A stretch of 64,000 bases of DNA from Sphingomonas sp. (GCF_030145815.1 NZ_JAIXHL010000011.1:62562-126561); one strand, 5' to 3'. Counted from the first letter of the stretch, positions 37,650 through 47,582 are shown. Numbers and translations: made by a program. The notes: generated by a model not told the origin, from the sequence alone.

Positions 37650-38642
37650 TCACGAGCTTAGATCGATCCCAAACGCGGCGGCATTAATTTCGCGGAACCC
37701 TTCGCGACGGCTCCAACTCATGTGCCCCCCAAGCCGCTCCACCAGGGCGTAGGCGTCGGTGCGTCCAAGATTCACGGCTTTCAGCGCCTGCTCGGTAACG
37801 CGAACATGTAGCACCGGAGCGCCGTCGAGATGACCGGTCGCCGCATCCAACAGGTCAGTCAGCATCAGGACCTCGACCTCATCCAGAGGAAGCGTCCCGA
37901 GGAACTCTATCGCTACCCGCAGAGCGGCCGAGCAAATCGCGCTTCGATGCAGCTCCAGCCGCTTACCAGCCGCGAGGGCCTTAAAGGACGCCTTGCCGGA
38001 CTTGAGCAAGGTCACGGACTCCTCGGGCATGTCCTCAAGGTCGAGTCCATCCACGACCGCAATGATGCGGCCATCAAGGAACATCGTGTCGATTCCTTCT
38101 ACGGAGAAGGGGAGCCTGCCTAGATCGCTGTGCTCCTCCAGCGCAGCGACCATTGCATCGGGATCTCGCTCCTGAACGCGACGAGCCGCAGCAGCCTGCG
38201 CGTTGCGGCCGGCAGCCGCCTCGACTGCGCGCGCATGAGCCTCCTCATCCTGCGCCCGCGCCGCTTCGACCTTATCCGCGAGCGCAGCCATGGTCCTAGC
38301 CTGACGTCTAAAGACCATGTCCAGAAGACCAGGGCTGTAAGCGTCAAGGTTGGCCCGCGCGATCTGCTGGTGCGTGTCCTTGCGCTGTGGAGGAGCTTCA
38401 TCGGGTGCTGTTGCCGTGGTGAGCCAATCCCTTTTCCTCAAGTTTACGCGATGCGCGCCGGTGAGCGCCTCGACCATCTCGTCATATTCGGCAACTGCCT
38501 GCGCCGAGGCGCCTAGCATCGCCTCACGATGCAGCGCGTTTTGCCTTGCAATGCGCTGGCGCTCGGCTTGCTTGGCTGCACGGTCCATCGCACGCATCGT
38601 GCGCACCATTCCACGGGCAAACTGCCGCGACGTGACCATCAT
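37650..38642 (-). CDS. Hypothetical protein resembling the non-catalytic part of Mrr-like/DUF4236-associated proteins
   Basis: Charged helical N-terminus, then SVTLLKSGKASFK...Y...CS.ALRVA.E...LP.D.V...TGH...L.V...NL; no PD-(D/E)xK motif seen. Confidence 0.6.
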   Translation of the reverse strand: MMVTSRQFARGMVRTMRAMDRAAKQAERQRIARQNALHREAMLGASAQAVAEYDEMVEALTGAHRVNLRKRDWLTTATAPDEAPPQRKDTHQQIARANLDAYSPGLLDMVFRRQARTMAALADKVEAARAQDEEAHARAVEAAAGRNAQAAAARRVQERDPDAMVAALEEHSDLGRLPFSVEGIDTMFLDGRIIAVVDGLDLEDMPEESVTLLKSGKASFKALAAGKRLELHRSAICSAALRVAIEFLGTLPLDEVEVLMLTDLLDAATGHLDGAPVLHVRVTEQALKAVNLGRTDAYALVERLGGHMSWSRREGFREINAAAFGIDLSS

Positions 38643-38683
38643 TCCCCCTTAGACTTGCCTTCCCCACAGACACTTATATTCAA

Positions 38684-39349
38684 ATGGGCCTCAACGGCCA
38701 GATAGGGTCGCGCTTGTTCTTCATCACTTTAGCACTGGCTGCGCAGGTAACATTTGGAGGTTCGGCGACCGTCGTCGATGGCGACACGCTGCGTATCTCA
38801 GGGGAGCTCGTCCGCGTGTTCGGGGTCGATGCTCCAGAAGCATCCCAGATGTGCAATGCTGCAGTTTCTAAGGTGGCTTGCGGCCGAGAAGCGTCAGAGT
38901 GGCTAAGAGCGCATATAGCTGGTCGGACCCTGCAGTGCGTGGCCGTGGAGCGAGACCGCTACGGGCGCATTGTCGCTCGCTGCAGCGTTCAAGGCGTTGA
39001 CGTCGGGCGCTCGCTCGTGGAGGCCGGCTGGGCAACCGCTTATCGCAAATACTCGCTGCAATACGTAGATGCCGAAGCGCGCGCCAAGGCGGCGCGGCGC
39101 GGCATCTGGGCGCTCGGCTTCGAGCGTCCCGAAGCTTATCGCAGAGCCAAGACGGCCAAGGTCACTCCGGAGGCGCCGCCCAACCCGCGGTGCCTAGTGA
39201 AAGGCAATGTTGGCTCGACCGGAGCTCGCATCTACCACCTGCCCGGATCAAGGGACTACCCTAAGGTCCGCATCAATCCTCAGAAAGGCGAACGCTGGTT
39301 CTGTAGCGCCAGCGAGGCAGCGGCTGCAGGCTGGCGCCCTGTCCGCTGA
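38684..39349 (+). CDS. Thermonuclease (SNase) with C-terminal Cys/His domain (ExoI-like)
   Basis: VVDGDTL, VRVFGVDAPE, DRYGRIVARC, LVEAGWA; C-terminal CLVKGN...IYHLPG...Y....I....GERWFCS..EA..AGWR. Confidence 0.9.
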   Translation: MGLNGQIGSRLFFITLALAAQVTFGGSATVVDGDTLRISGELVRVFGVDAPEASQMCNAAVSKVACGREASEWLRAHIAGRTLQCVAVERDRYGRIVARCSVQGVDVGRSLVEAGWATAYRKYSLQYVDAEARAKAARRGIWALGFERPEAYRRAKTAKVTPEAPPNPRCLVKGNVGSTGARIYHLPGSRDYPKVRINPQKGERWFCSASEAAAAGWRPVR

Positions 39350-40666
39350 TCAACGTAACGTGCGCTCCCGGCGAACGGGCGCCTCAGCCCCGGACGTGGC
39401 CCCGCCCGGCCGCTCGACTCCAACCCGCTTCAACGGAGTCGCGCCGACTGGAAGCGAACGCTCGATCACGAGACCGCCACCTGCACTCGCCAGCGCATCC
39501 TGAAGGGTCGAGACGTCGCCGCACCATATCGTCTCGGCATCTCGATCGCGACTTGGATCGGGCCCAATCCCGCCCGCCTCGAATGCAACAGGGCGCATCT
39601 GCATGCGCTCAGCCCCTGCGACTGCGCTGACTTCGACGCCATAGTCCGGCCGCGCGGCGCTCCGAAGCACGAGGCGGCCATCTGTTGCCAAGGATGTCGA
39701 CATGCCCTCGGCAACTTCATAGCCAAGGCTGGCTAGCCCTTCGAGCACAGCCAAGCGGCGCGCAGCGGCGGCACGCTTGGCACGCAACTCCTCAATAGCA
39801 GCACGAACCGAAGCGATCTCGGCCTCAAGCGTGGCAGCGTTCAAGCCATCAACGCTGCCTTCTGAAACAATACCCCCAGCCGCTGACAGTTCAGCGCGTA
39901 GCAGCAAGAGCTCGCCACGAAGCGATGCCCGCAGACGAGCTTCAGTGAGACCGCGGCCGGTCTCTACTTCCAGGCCGTCGAGCAACAACTTCCGTCGGCT
40001 TGGAGCCGCCGAGGCTGCCTCTTCAAGACGCATTCTCGCATTCGCCGTGTCCACCTCACCGATCGTGTCGAGTTCGTCTAGCCTTGCCGCTATCTTCTCC
40101 GTTGCCGGGTCGGCGGGTCCCGCCGGCTGCGAAGCAAGCCAATCGGCAAACGTTTGCGCGGGCGAATTGTCCTTGAGACTCGCTGCGAGACCATGGGCCG
40201 CTCGCTTCTCCACCGCCACGTCCGCCAGCATGGCAAACCCGGTGGTCAGCGCCTGCGCGTCGCCCCGCTCCAACTTGGAGGTTAGCTCAGGTTCAAGCGG
40301 AATCTCAAGTTCACGCAAACGTCGAAGGAGCGAAGCTGCAGCGTCTCGGTCGCGGCGTTCCTTTGAGCGGGCTGCCGCCTGCTCAGCTACGACGGCTGCC
40401 AGCCTGCGCTGCATATCAGCGCGCAAAAACTCCTCTTCGATTGGTGCCTGCTTCTGGACATCCATGAACCGGTCCGCAGCGATCAGAGCCGCCAATGCGT
40501 CCCGCCGTCGGGTGGCTATGGCTAATGCATCCTCATCAATGCATTCGTTTCTTCGCCCGACCCTAGTCCATTCCTCCAATGCCGCGTCGACCCGCGCCAA
40601 ATGGCCCCGGCAGATTTCCAGGATTTCCTCGCGCGTTACGATCCGCACGACTTTCGGTCCGCTCAC
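39350..40666 (-). CDS. Helical hypothetical protein (438 aa), last gene of the four-gene operon
   Basis: MSGPKVVRIVTREE N-terminus; Ala/Arg/Glu-rich coiled coil; globular C-terminal ~130 aa; GTGA overlap. Confidence 0.85.
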   Translation of the reverse strand: MSGPKVVRIVTREEILEICRGHLARVDAALEEWTRVGRRNECIDEDALAIATRRRDALAALIAADRFMDVQKQAPIEEEFLRADMQRRLAAVVAEQAAARSKERRDRDAAASLLRRLRELEIPLEPELTSKLERGDAQALTTGFAMLADVAVEKRAAHGLAASLKDNSPAQTFADWLASQPAGPADPATEKIAARLDELDTIGEVDTANARMRLEEAASAAPSRRKLLLDGLEVETGRGLTEARLRASLRGELLLLRAELSAAGGIVSEGSVDGLNAATLEAEIASVRAAIEELRAKRAAAARRLAVLEGLASLGYEVAEGMSTSLATDGRLVLRSAARPDYGVEVSAVAGAERMQMRPVAFEAGGIGPDPSRDRDAETIWCGDVSTLQDALASAGGGLVIERSLPVGATPLKRVGVERPGGATSGAEAPVRRERTLR

Positions 40667-43600
40667 GCCTGCACTCCCATCGCCGCGGTGATCGCCACGC
40701 GTAGCCGCTCTATTTCCAGTTCCGGCTCATGGAACCAGCGGTGCGATGAGACACGGTGGATCCTGGGGATGGAGCGCCGCAGCACGGCCGGTCGCCACAT
40801 CTCGCGGGCGCGCGCATTTTCCAGCAACGGATGCCGCGGAGCATCGCATTCGATCCCGATGCCATAAAGGCCCGTGCGAGGATCTTCGATCGCGAAATCG
40901 AGCCCAAAGGCTCCGTCATCACCCACCGATGCCGGCTCCCAACCAAGCGAGCGGATTTGATCGGCCACTGCCGCTTCCAGCCCGTCGCCGCCCTCGTGAC
41001 GCAAGCGTTGACGACGCTGCTCAGGCGTCAACCGCATGAGCAGGGCGTCGGCTGCATCCAGGTCACCGTCAGAGAGCGCCCGGGCATATTCGAAATAGGC
41101 TTGCAGGAAGTCGCGCGGACTGGCCGCCTGCCGCCGAGTTGAAAGCATATCCGAGATAAGCGGGATCGGCATCGAAGTGACAAGGATCACCTTCTGTCGC
41201 GCGCGGGTGACGGCAACGTTTAGGCGCCGCTCGCCGCCAGTCTGCCCTAGCACGCCGAACGAACGCCTGAAGGTTCCCTGCGCGTTACGGCCAAACGTCG
41301 ACGAAAAGATGATCACATCGCGCTCATCGCCCTGCACGTTTTCGACGTTCTTGACGAACAGGCCCATGTCCTCGCCGGCCTCGACGCGCTCCCGCTCACG
41401 CGTGAGCGCCGTGCGGAAGGCAGCATCACCCTCGGCCCGCTCCTCGAGCACCTCTTCAATCAGGTCTGCCTGCTTACGGTTGAAGGTCACCACCCCGATC
41501 GTGGGCGGAGCTGTGCCCATGCCTGTGCCAGCCCAGATGTCCCGCAGGACGTCGGCAACCCGCTCGGCCTCTTCCGGGTTGGTCTGATCGACATAAGTCC
41601 CGTCGACGCGGATCATTTCGACAGGCCGCTTGCGCCGGACTTCATCCGCCGGGTGACGGGCTGGGACGCTCAGGCGATTTACATAGAATGACGCATTGGA
41701 GAACTGGATGAGTTCACGATAAGCAGACCGATAGTGGATCTGCAGCGTGGTCGACGGCAGCACGGTCTTCGCGAGCTGCAGGAGATCGGGACAGTCCTTG
41801 ATCTCGCGGCGGTTCCAAGTCTCTTCGAGCGCCTCGCGCTCCTCCTCAGGTAGGTCCTCTTCGGCCGCCTGTCCTTCGAAAACCTCCGCTTCGTCGCTCT
41901 CCACGCGGCTCGAGAAGAAGGCAGTGGGTGGCATCTGCTTCTCATCGCCGCTCACGATCATCGTGCCGCTTCGGTAAAGGGTAGGGAGCGCATATTCGAC
42001 GGGCATCTGTGAGGCCTCGTCGAAGATGACCGTGTCAAACAGCGCCTTGCGCAGCGGAAGCAGTCTGCTTGCGACATCGGGGTTGACCAGCCAAACCGGG
42101 CGTAGCTGCATCAAGCCGAGGTCGGCACCGCGCTCAACAAATTCGCGCAACCGCCGGGCCCGAACGCCGCGCAACCTCGTAATATCTTCCCACTCACGAA
42201 GCGGCCGCAGCCTGCTTGCATCTAACCCGTCGACCAACAGCCGGCGGTTGAGGCCACGCATTTCGCTGTCGGCTGTCTTCAGCGAAGCCGCCTTCGCCTC
42301 AAGCTCGTCGGCCTCCAGCATCAATGTGGGGTCGGCCGCCTCCATCCGCGACTTCCAGGCGAGCCGCGCCTCCATACCCATAATGCGCCGCACGGTCGGC
42401 TCCAACTCGGGCCGGAGGAGATCCTCAAGCCGTTCGCGTATCCTCGCGAGCTGGGCGAAGACGGCCATCGCGTCCTCGCCCAGCTGCGGCACCCTGGCAC
42501 GGAAACGCTGGTAGGCCGCGACGTGCGGCAATGCCTCTACCAGCGGCGCGGCAGCTGCAGCACCGGGACCGTTAGCCGCGATTGCGGCTTCACGGGCCTC
42601 TACCCAGTCGTCCTGCATCCATGGCTGCAATCGTGTCAGCGCAGCGCGCGACGCGGTTCGAGCTGCGTGGCGCGCCAGACCCTGGTCGATGCCTTCCATG
42701 AGGTCTTCGACCGCCCCACGGGTAGCCGCGCGCGCCATGGCCCTAGCGGTTTGCGGCTCAGGATACGCTTCGAGCCTCGCCACGAGCGACTCCGCAGCGG
42801 CAAGCTCCGACTGAAGCGTCCGGGCGTGCGACAGCAGATCCGGGACGCGCAACGGCGGCAGATGACCACCTGGCTCTCCGACCTCCACGGTCACATCGAC
42901 GAGTCTCGAGCGAAGCGGCCGCAGGTCAACCTCACGGTGCAGCGCCGCGCCGAAGGCCTGCCGGTCCGTTAGACCTTCCTGCTTCATCAAGTTCCGGCGG
43001 CGCCAAGCAGCCATCCAGCGGCTGGGGGCCAGCCTCTGGAACAGCGTCGGACGAGCCAAGAGGCGATCGGAAATCGCGAGCCAATCGTTTAGCTCGACAT
43101 CGTCCATGGCGCGCGCGACTTCGACGGCGTCCACCGGCGCATCGTCGGCCGGCAAGGCGAGCATCGCCCGCTCGAGTTCACTCAGTTCCACCTGCGTAGC
43201 TGTGGTCCCGGGCTCCCGATCAACAACACCCGCAAACCGGTCAAGCCAGCGCGCCAGACGTGCCCTCGCACTCTCGTCCAGGCCAAGCAGCGTCCTGCCA
43301 TTCGCGCCTGACCAAGCTCGATGGGGCTCGGGATCCTCGATTGCCAGTGCGTCCGGCGTTCGCTCCGTCACCTCTTCCCGAGATGTCTCTGCGCCATGGA
43401 AGGCCCGCAGGTCGTCGCTGAAGGTCTCGACGCTGCCATCGTCCGTGCCGAACGCACGCGTCTCCGCCAGAGGGCTGTCTTCATATCTCGCCGGTAGCCA
43501 GAGCCGTGCGGTTGGCGCGCACACCTCCTGGAGCACGGCGAGCCTTCCCGGATCAAGCGACGCCAACGTATGCCGGAGTGATGGAAGCGGGGGCGTTACG

Positions 43601-46600
43601 CCTTCTCGAGCCAAGCCGATCAAGTCGCCCAGCACGAGGCGATACGACAGCCCCGTTTGACCATCGACCGCGTGCAGAGCTCGATGCTGACCGTCCAGGT
43701 CGCGCTCGAGAGACTCAATGCGCGCTGCGGCTTGCTCGCGCTGCTGCCGCCAACCCGATGCGCCATGCGGCCGCTGAAAGATCTCTTCCAGCTGTTCGCG
43801 AACGGCGCGGATGACCGGCTCCCGATCTTTGTTGACATCGTTCACCATGACGACGCGATTGCCCAGCCCAGCCGCCTCAAGGCGCTTATGCACGACTTCC
43901 AGGGCAGCTTGCTTCTGACAGACCACTAACAAGCTGCGCCCGGTGCCGATCGCGTCGGCAACCATGTTGACGATTGTCTGGCTCTTGCCGGTCCCCGGCG
44001 GCCCCTCGACCAAGAGACCACGCCCTGCCCTGGCCTCGAGCACCGCAGCCTCTTGGGAAGGATCGCTATCGGCGGTGAAATAACGCTCACGTTCGGCAAC
44101 CCGCGGCACTTGCGTGCGCTCAATCTCATCGCCCACGCGGAACGCCGTTTCGAGACTGCTGCCCGCGGGCGGCATCGCCTTTAGCTGCCGCAGGTCCTCC
44201 ATGACGGCCTGACCCATGAATCCCAGGTGGAACAGCGCGGCTGAACAGAAGACCCGGTCCTCGCCCGCATTTACGCGCAGGTCCTTCGAAGGAAGCGGAA
44301 CCAGGGTTCGTCCTTGAACCTCCGCCAATTCGCCGAAGGCTTCAATCACCTCCGCGGCGGTTGCAGATGCCCTGCCCAGCACCTCGTCGGCCACCTCGCG
44401 CCAGCGCTGTGCGGCGTCGATGCCCAATAAGGTCTCGAAAGCAGGATTGAGACGAACCTCCTCGCGGTCGCGGTCGAAGGCCAGCGTCACTCGACCACGC
44501 GAGCCTGTCTCTGGATGAAGCTTTACGGGCCACAACAAGATCGGCGCGATCCGCGGTCGTGTCGAGCGGCTGGCCTCTTGCATCACAAGGAAGGGAAAGC
44601 CCAGGTAGAGCCCGTCGATGCCAGTGTCGCGGCGGTAGAGCGTCGCGTGAGAGTGCAGTGTCCGCAGCCGCCGCTCGACACGCGCATCCTCGGCGAACGC
44701 GTGTGGGTCGACGTCAATTACCTGTTCATTGCGAAGCAGCACATGGTCAAGGAGCGACCCTGCGGTCCGACGCGGACTGTCGAGCTCGGCTAGGTCGATC
44801 CGCGCAGTCGTCTTCCCAACGATGAGCCTTGTCAGAGGGCCACGCATGATCGCGCCGGTGATGCGTCGCGCATAGAAGTCGAGCAGCGTGGCGACATAGG
44901 CTTGGCGCGGCGGCTGTCGCCAAGCCTCCGGCGACACCGCCAGCAGCGCTAGCGCGCGCGCCAGCGGCAGGCGCCGTTCGAGCCGAAATTGGTCGCCCCA
45001 CTCGTCGATACGATCAATGCCACACCGAGCGAAGCCCTCAAGCCGCGCTTCGATCTCAGCATGCAGCGCGCGCCGCGGCGTCGCCGTTCGAGCCAAAGCG
45101 GCGTCTCGGTCGAACGTCTCAAGGCCAGCCCGCCTGGCGGCCTGCTCCGCCTCGTCCACAATGGCATCTGCGGCTCGGAACTGCGACGTGGCCGCGCTGA
45201 GCAGCAGGATCAGATCCTCTTCCTCAGTCACACGCCGCTCGACGATTGCTAGCAATCCGGGATGGTCGGTGTCTGGAAGTATGCGCCTACGCTCGTCCCA
45301 GACGGCTGCCAGGCGACTTTTGGAAGTCGAGAGCGCAACAACGCGCATCTGAGCCTCGTCGAGCTCGACGTCCAGCTGACGCGCGCGCTCGCGAACGCGG
45401 GCCTCGCGGCGCTTGAGGCGGGCCAACCACACCTCATCGTCATCGCGCTCCAGCCGTTCCGGAACAGGTCCAGAAATGAGCGCGTAACCCTCGTTGGGAT
45501 GTTCGAGGAGCCAGCCAGGCGTTACGATCTCGCCACGCACCACCAATGGCATCGACGGGTTAAGCGCCTTTAGTGCCAGCGCGAGGCGCAGATCGTCCGA
45601 TACGTCCTCGAGCGCAGCGATCGAACGAATGTCCGCGCGAAGTTGGGCGTGCTGCCCGGCCTCCTCAAGCCATGTGGCGACCTCGCCGCCGAGCAGCATT
45701 GAGCGCGCCTCGTCCCATGTGCCGGCATCAGCAGCAGCCAGTGCGAAACGCTCGGGGCTCGCGTGCCGCACACCGGCCAGACGGATCGACCGCTTGCTTT
45801 CGTGATCGCCGAGTTGCCGAAGGGCCGCCGGCGCATCCGGAACTTCGCCAGCAAGCCAACGCTGAACCTCAGCCCATTGCCAGCGCACGTGGCGGTCAAG
45901 CGAGAGCAGACCTCGTAACAGAGCATCTACCCGTGCGGTCAGACCTTCAGGGATGGGCGCGCCATTGGTCAACACGGTGATCAGGAACGTCTGATCGTCA
46001 GCACCAGCGAAGCATTCCCCTCGGGTGACCTGCTCGAGGATCATCATCCCCAGGCTCCACCAATCGCTGGCAGCGGCCACGCCGCCCGCGACGGCCTCTG
46101 GCGCGGTGTAGCGCGTGATCTCCAACGGCGAGACGACGTCTAAATCATACTCGGAAAGGCGAGCGGAACCGAACCCGCCAATCACGAGATCAAGTGGTTC
46201 GCGTTGGCGGACTAGTATCGCTCCTGGACGAAGGTCACGGTGACGCAGCCCGCATTCACCCAAGGCTGCAAGCGCTCCCCCGACTTCGCGCAGGATGCTC
46301 GACATTGTCGCATCATCGTCTGCCAGCAGCCCTAGATCCGCAAACGTGCCGCCGCGCACATCTTCCGCTACCTCGTAGGCACGGTCCTCCCAGCGCCCGG
46401 TCTCGTAAATCTCAGGCACATGGTCGCGGTCCAGCGCGCGAAGAGCGTCATAAACTTCAGTGTCCGGCTCGCTTCCGTTTGCGTAGAGGGTGAGCACCGC
46501 CGCGCGAGCATCACCACTGTGAATGGCTTCATAGCGCTCGCGCACATGGCTGGTGCTCGGCAGACGCCGGATCAGCCGCCAATCCGCGACAACGGTTTCG

Positions 46601-46941
46601 GAGTCGCCCTCGCTGTTCGCACCAGCTTTTTCATCAACGGCGTCAGGCTCGCCGGTCGTCCGATCTACTATCGAAGGATTAGCCGCATCGGCTTCAACAG
46701 AGATATCGCCCCCGCACTCGGCGCACATGATGTCGCCGAGATCCATTGGGTGGCCGTTTACGCAGCGGGTCGCTGGGGCCTCGACCGGATCAACTGGAGC
46801 GACCTGCTCGGGCCGCCAGCCTTCGGGCCGAAGCGGTTGCGACGATAGCGGCCAGTCGCATGGCGAACCATCAATCTCGCCCTCGCAGAAGGTCTCGCTG
46901 GGAGGCCGCTCCGACCGGCAGTTGGGGCAAAACCGAATCAA
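40663..46941 (-). CDS. 2092-aa multidomain protein: double Zn-ribbon, pseudokinase, DUF4011, SF1B (Upf1/Dna2-like) helicase, MTES_1575/Vsr-like nuclease
   Basis: CPNC/CVNGH/CAEC; HRDLRP, APE, DWWSLG; LYLGFPFL...APILLWPV...NPAF; GPPGTGKS, IFDEASQ, GDEKQMPP, HYRS, VQGDERD, RLNVAVTRAR; C-terminal LDFAI...GIECD. Confidence 0.88.
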   Translation of the reverse strand: MIRFCPNCRSERPPSETFCEGEIDGSPCDWPLSSQPLRPEGWRPEQVAPVDPVEAPATRCVNGHPMDLGDIMCAECGGDISVEADAANPSIVDRTTGEPDAVDEKAGANSEGDSETVVADWRLIRRLPSTSHVRERYEAIHSGDARAAVLTLYANGSEPDTEVYDALRALDRDHVPEIYETGRWEDRAYEVAEDVRGGTFADLGLLADDDATMSSILREVGGALAALGECGLRHRDLRPGAILVRQREPLDLVIGGFGSARLSEYDLDVVSPLEITRYTAPEAVAGGVAAASDWWSLGMMILEQVTRGECFAGADDQTFLITVLTNGAPIPEGLTARVDALLRGLLSLDRHVRWQWAEVQRWLAGEVPDAPAALRQLGDHESKRSIRLAGVRHASPERFALAAADAGTWDEARSMLLGGEVATWLEEAGQHAQLRADIRSIAALEDVSDDLRLALALKALNPSMPLVVRGEIVTPGWLLEHPNEGYALISGPVPERLERDDDEVWLARLKRREARVRERARQLDVELDEAQMRVVALSTSKSRLAAVWDERRRILPDTDHPGLLAIVERRVTEEEDLILLLSAATSQFRAADAIVDEAEQAARRAGLETFDRDAALARTATPRRALHAEIEARLEGFARCGIDRIDEWGDQFRLERRLPLARALALLAVSPEAWRQPPRQAYVATLLDFYARRITGAIMRGPLTRLIVGKTTARIDLAELDSPRRTAGSLLDHVLLRNEQVIDVDPHAFAEDARVERRLRTLHSHATLYRRDTGIDGLYLGFPFLVMQEASRSTRPRIAPILLWPVKLHPETGSRGRVTLAFDRDREEVRLNPAFETLLGIDAAQRWREVADEVLGRASATAAEVIEAFGELAEVQGRTLVPLPSKDLRVNAGEDRVFCSAALFHLGFMGQAVMEDLRQLKAMPPAGSSLETAFRVGDEIERTQVPRVAERERYFTADSDPSQEAAVLEARAGRGLLVEGPPGTGKSQTIVNMVADAIGTGRSLLVVCQKQAALEVVHKRLEAAGLGNRVVMVNDVNKDREPVIRAVREQLEEIFQRPHGASGWRQQREQAAARIESLERDLDGQHRALHAVDGQTGLSYRLVLGDLIGLAREGVTPPLPSLRHTLASLDPGRLAVLQEVCAPTARLWLPARYEDSPLAETRAFGTDDGSVETFSDDLRAFHGAETSREEVTERTPDALAIEDPEPHRAWSGANGRTLLGLDESARARLARWLDRFAGVVDREPGTTATQVELSELERAMLALPADDAPVDAVEVARAMDDVELNDWLAISDRLLARPTLFQRLAPSRWMAAWRRRNLMKQEGLTDRQAFGAALHREVDLRPLRSRLVDVTVEVGEPGGHLPPLRVPDLLSHARTLQSELAAAESLVARLEAYPEPQTARAMARAATRGAVEDLMEGIDQGLARHAARTASRAALTRLQPWMQDDWVEAREAAIAANGPGAAAAAPLVEALPHVAAYQRFRARVPQLGEDAMAVFAQLARIRERLEDLLRPELEPTVRRIMGMEARLAWKSRMEAADPTLMLEADELEAKAASLKTADSEMRGLNRRLLVDGLDASRLRPLREWEDITRLRGVRARRLREFVERGADLGLMQLRPVWLVNPDVASRLLPLRKALFDTVIFDEASQMPVEYALPTLYRSGTMIVSGDEKQMPPTAFFSSRVESDEAEVFEGQAAEEDLPEEEREALEETWNRREIKDCPDLLQLAKTVLPSTTLQIHYRSAYRELIQFSNASFYVNRLSVPARHPADEVRRKRPVEMIRVDGTYVDQTNPEEAERVADVLRDIWAGTGMGTAPPTIGVVTFNRKQADLIEEVLEERAEGDAAFRTALTRERERVEAGEDMGLFVKNVENVQGDERDVIIFSSTFGRNAQGTFRRSFGVLGQTGGERRLNVAVTRARQKVILVTSMPIPLISDMLSTRRQAASPRDFLQAYFEYARALSDGDLDAADALLMRLTPEQRRQRLRHEGGDGLEAAVADQIRSLGWEPASVGDDGAFGLDFAIEDPRTGLYGIGIECDAPRHPLLENARAREMWRPAVLRRSIPRIHRVSSHRWFHEPELEIERLRVAITAAMGVQA

Positions 46942-47582
46942 GAATTAGCTCCCACCATGTCGGACGTGACGGTCTGATGACCGGCGGCCGCGAGGACTCG
47001 CCTCAGCCTGGCCAATTCACCGCGCGCGGGTATGCCGGCCAACCAAGCATGACCTTGCTCGTCGAATGTGACATCGAGCCGGCGGTCCGCAGCTGTGGCC
47101 GGACGATCATAGGACAGCATTTCAGCACCCGCGGCGGTCAGCGCATGAATGCGCTGATTGTCGCTCCCCCGCAAAGCGAGCGTCTGCGGAAGCTCCGAAC
47201 GGAAGCGGCCGGTAATTACCGCATCGATCAGATCAGGATGATCGGAGAGCCAACTTTCCACCTCGCTAAGCTCCCGACCAGTGAAGACGAGCGTGGTCGT
47301 GCCGGCGATGGCGCGCCAATGCGCAAGAATAACGGCCAGAGCATCTGGCTGGTCGAACGGTTCACCGCCGGACACTGTTAGGCCATCAGCCTCGTGGGCC
47401 ATCGCGCTCAGCTGACCCAGGATCTCTTCCATGAGGGCGGCACCGAGGCCCGGCTTCCATGTGTCCATTGAGATGCAACCAGGGCACCCTATGGAGCATC
47501 CCTGGAACCACAAGCCGACCCGTTGGCCTGGCCCAAGCGCACTCACCGGATAGTGCAGCCTTGAGATAAACGCGTGCGTCAC
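46938..47582 (-). CDS. Small radical SAM protein, NrdG/PflA activase-like (4Fe-4S single cluster)
   Basis: GPGQRVGLWFQGCSIGCPGC (CxxxCxxC), GLTVSGGEPFDQ, LRGSDNQRI; 4-bp overlaps on both sides. Confidence 0.9.
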   Translation of the reverse strand: MTHAFISRLHYPVSALGPGQRVGLWFQGCSIGCPGCISMDTWKPGLGAALMEEILGQLSAMAHEADGLTVSGGEPFDQPDALAVILAHWRAIAGTTTLVFTGRELSEVESWLSDHPDLIDAVITGRFRSELPQTLALRGSDNQRIHALTAAGAEMLSYDRPATAADRRLDVTFDEQGHAWLAGIPARGELARLRRVLAAAGHQTVTSDMVGANS

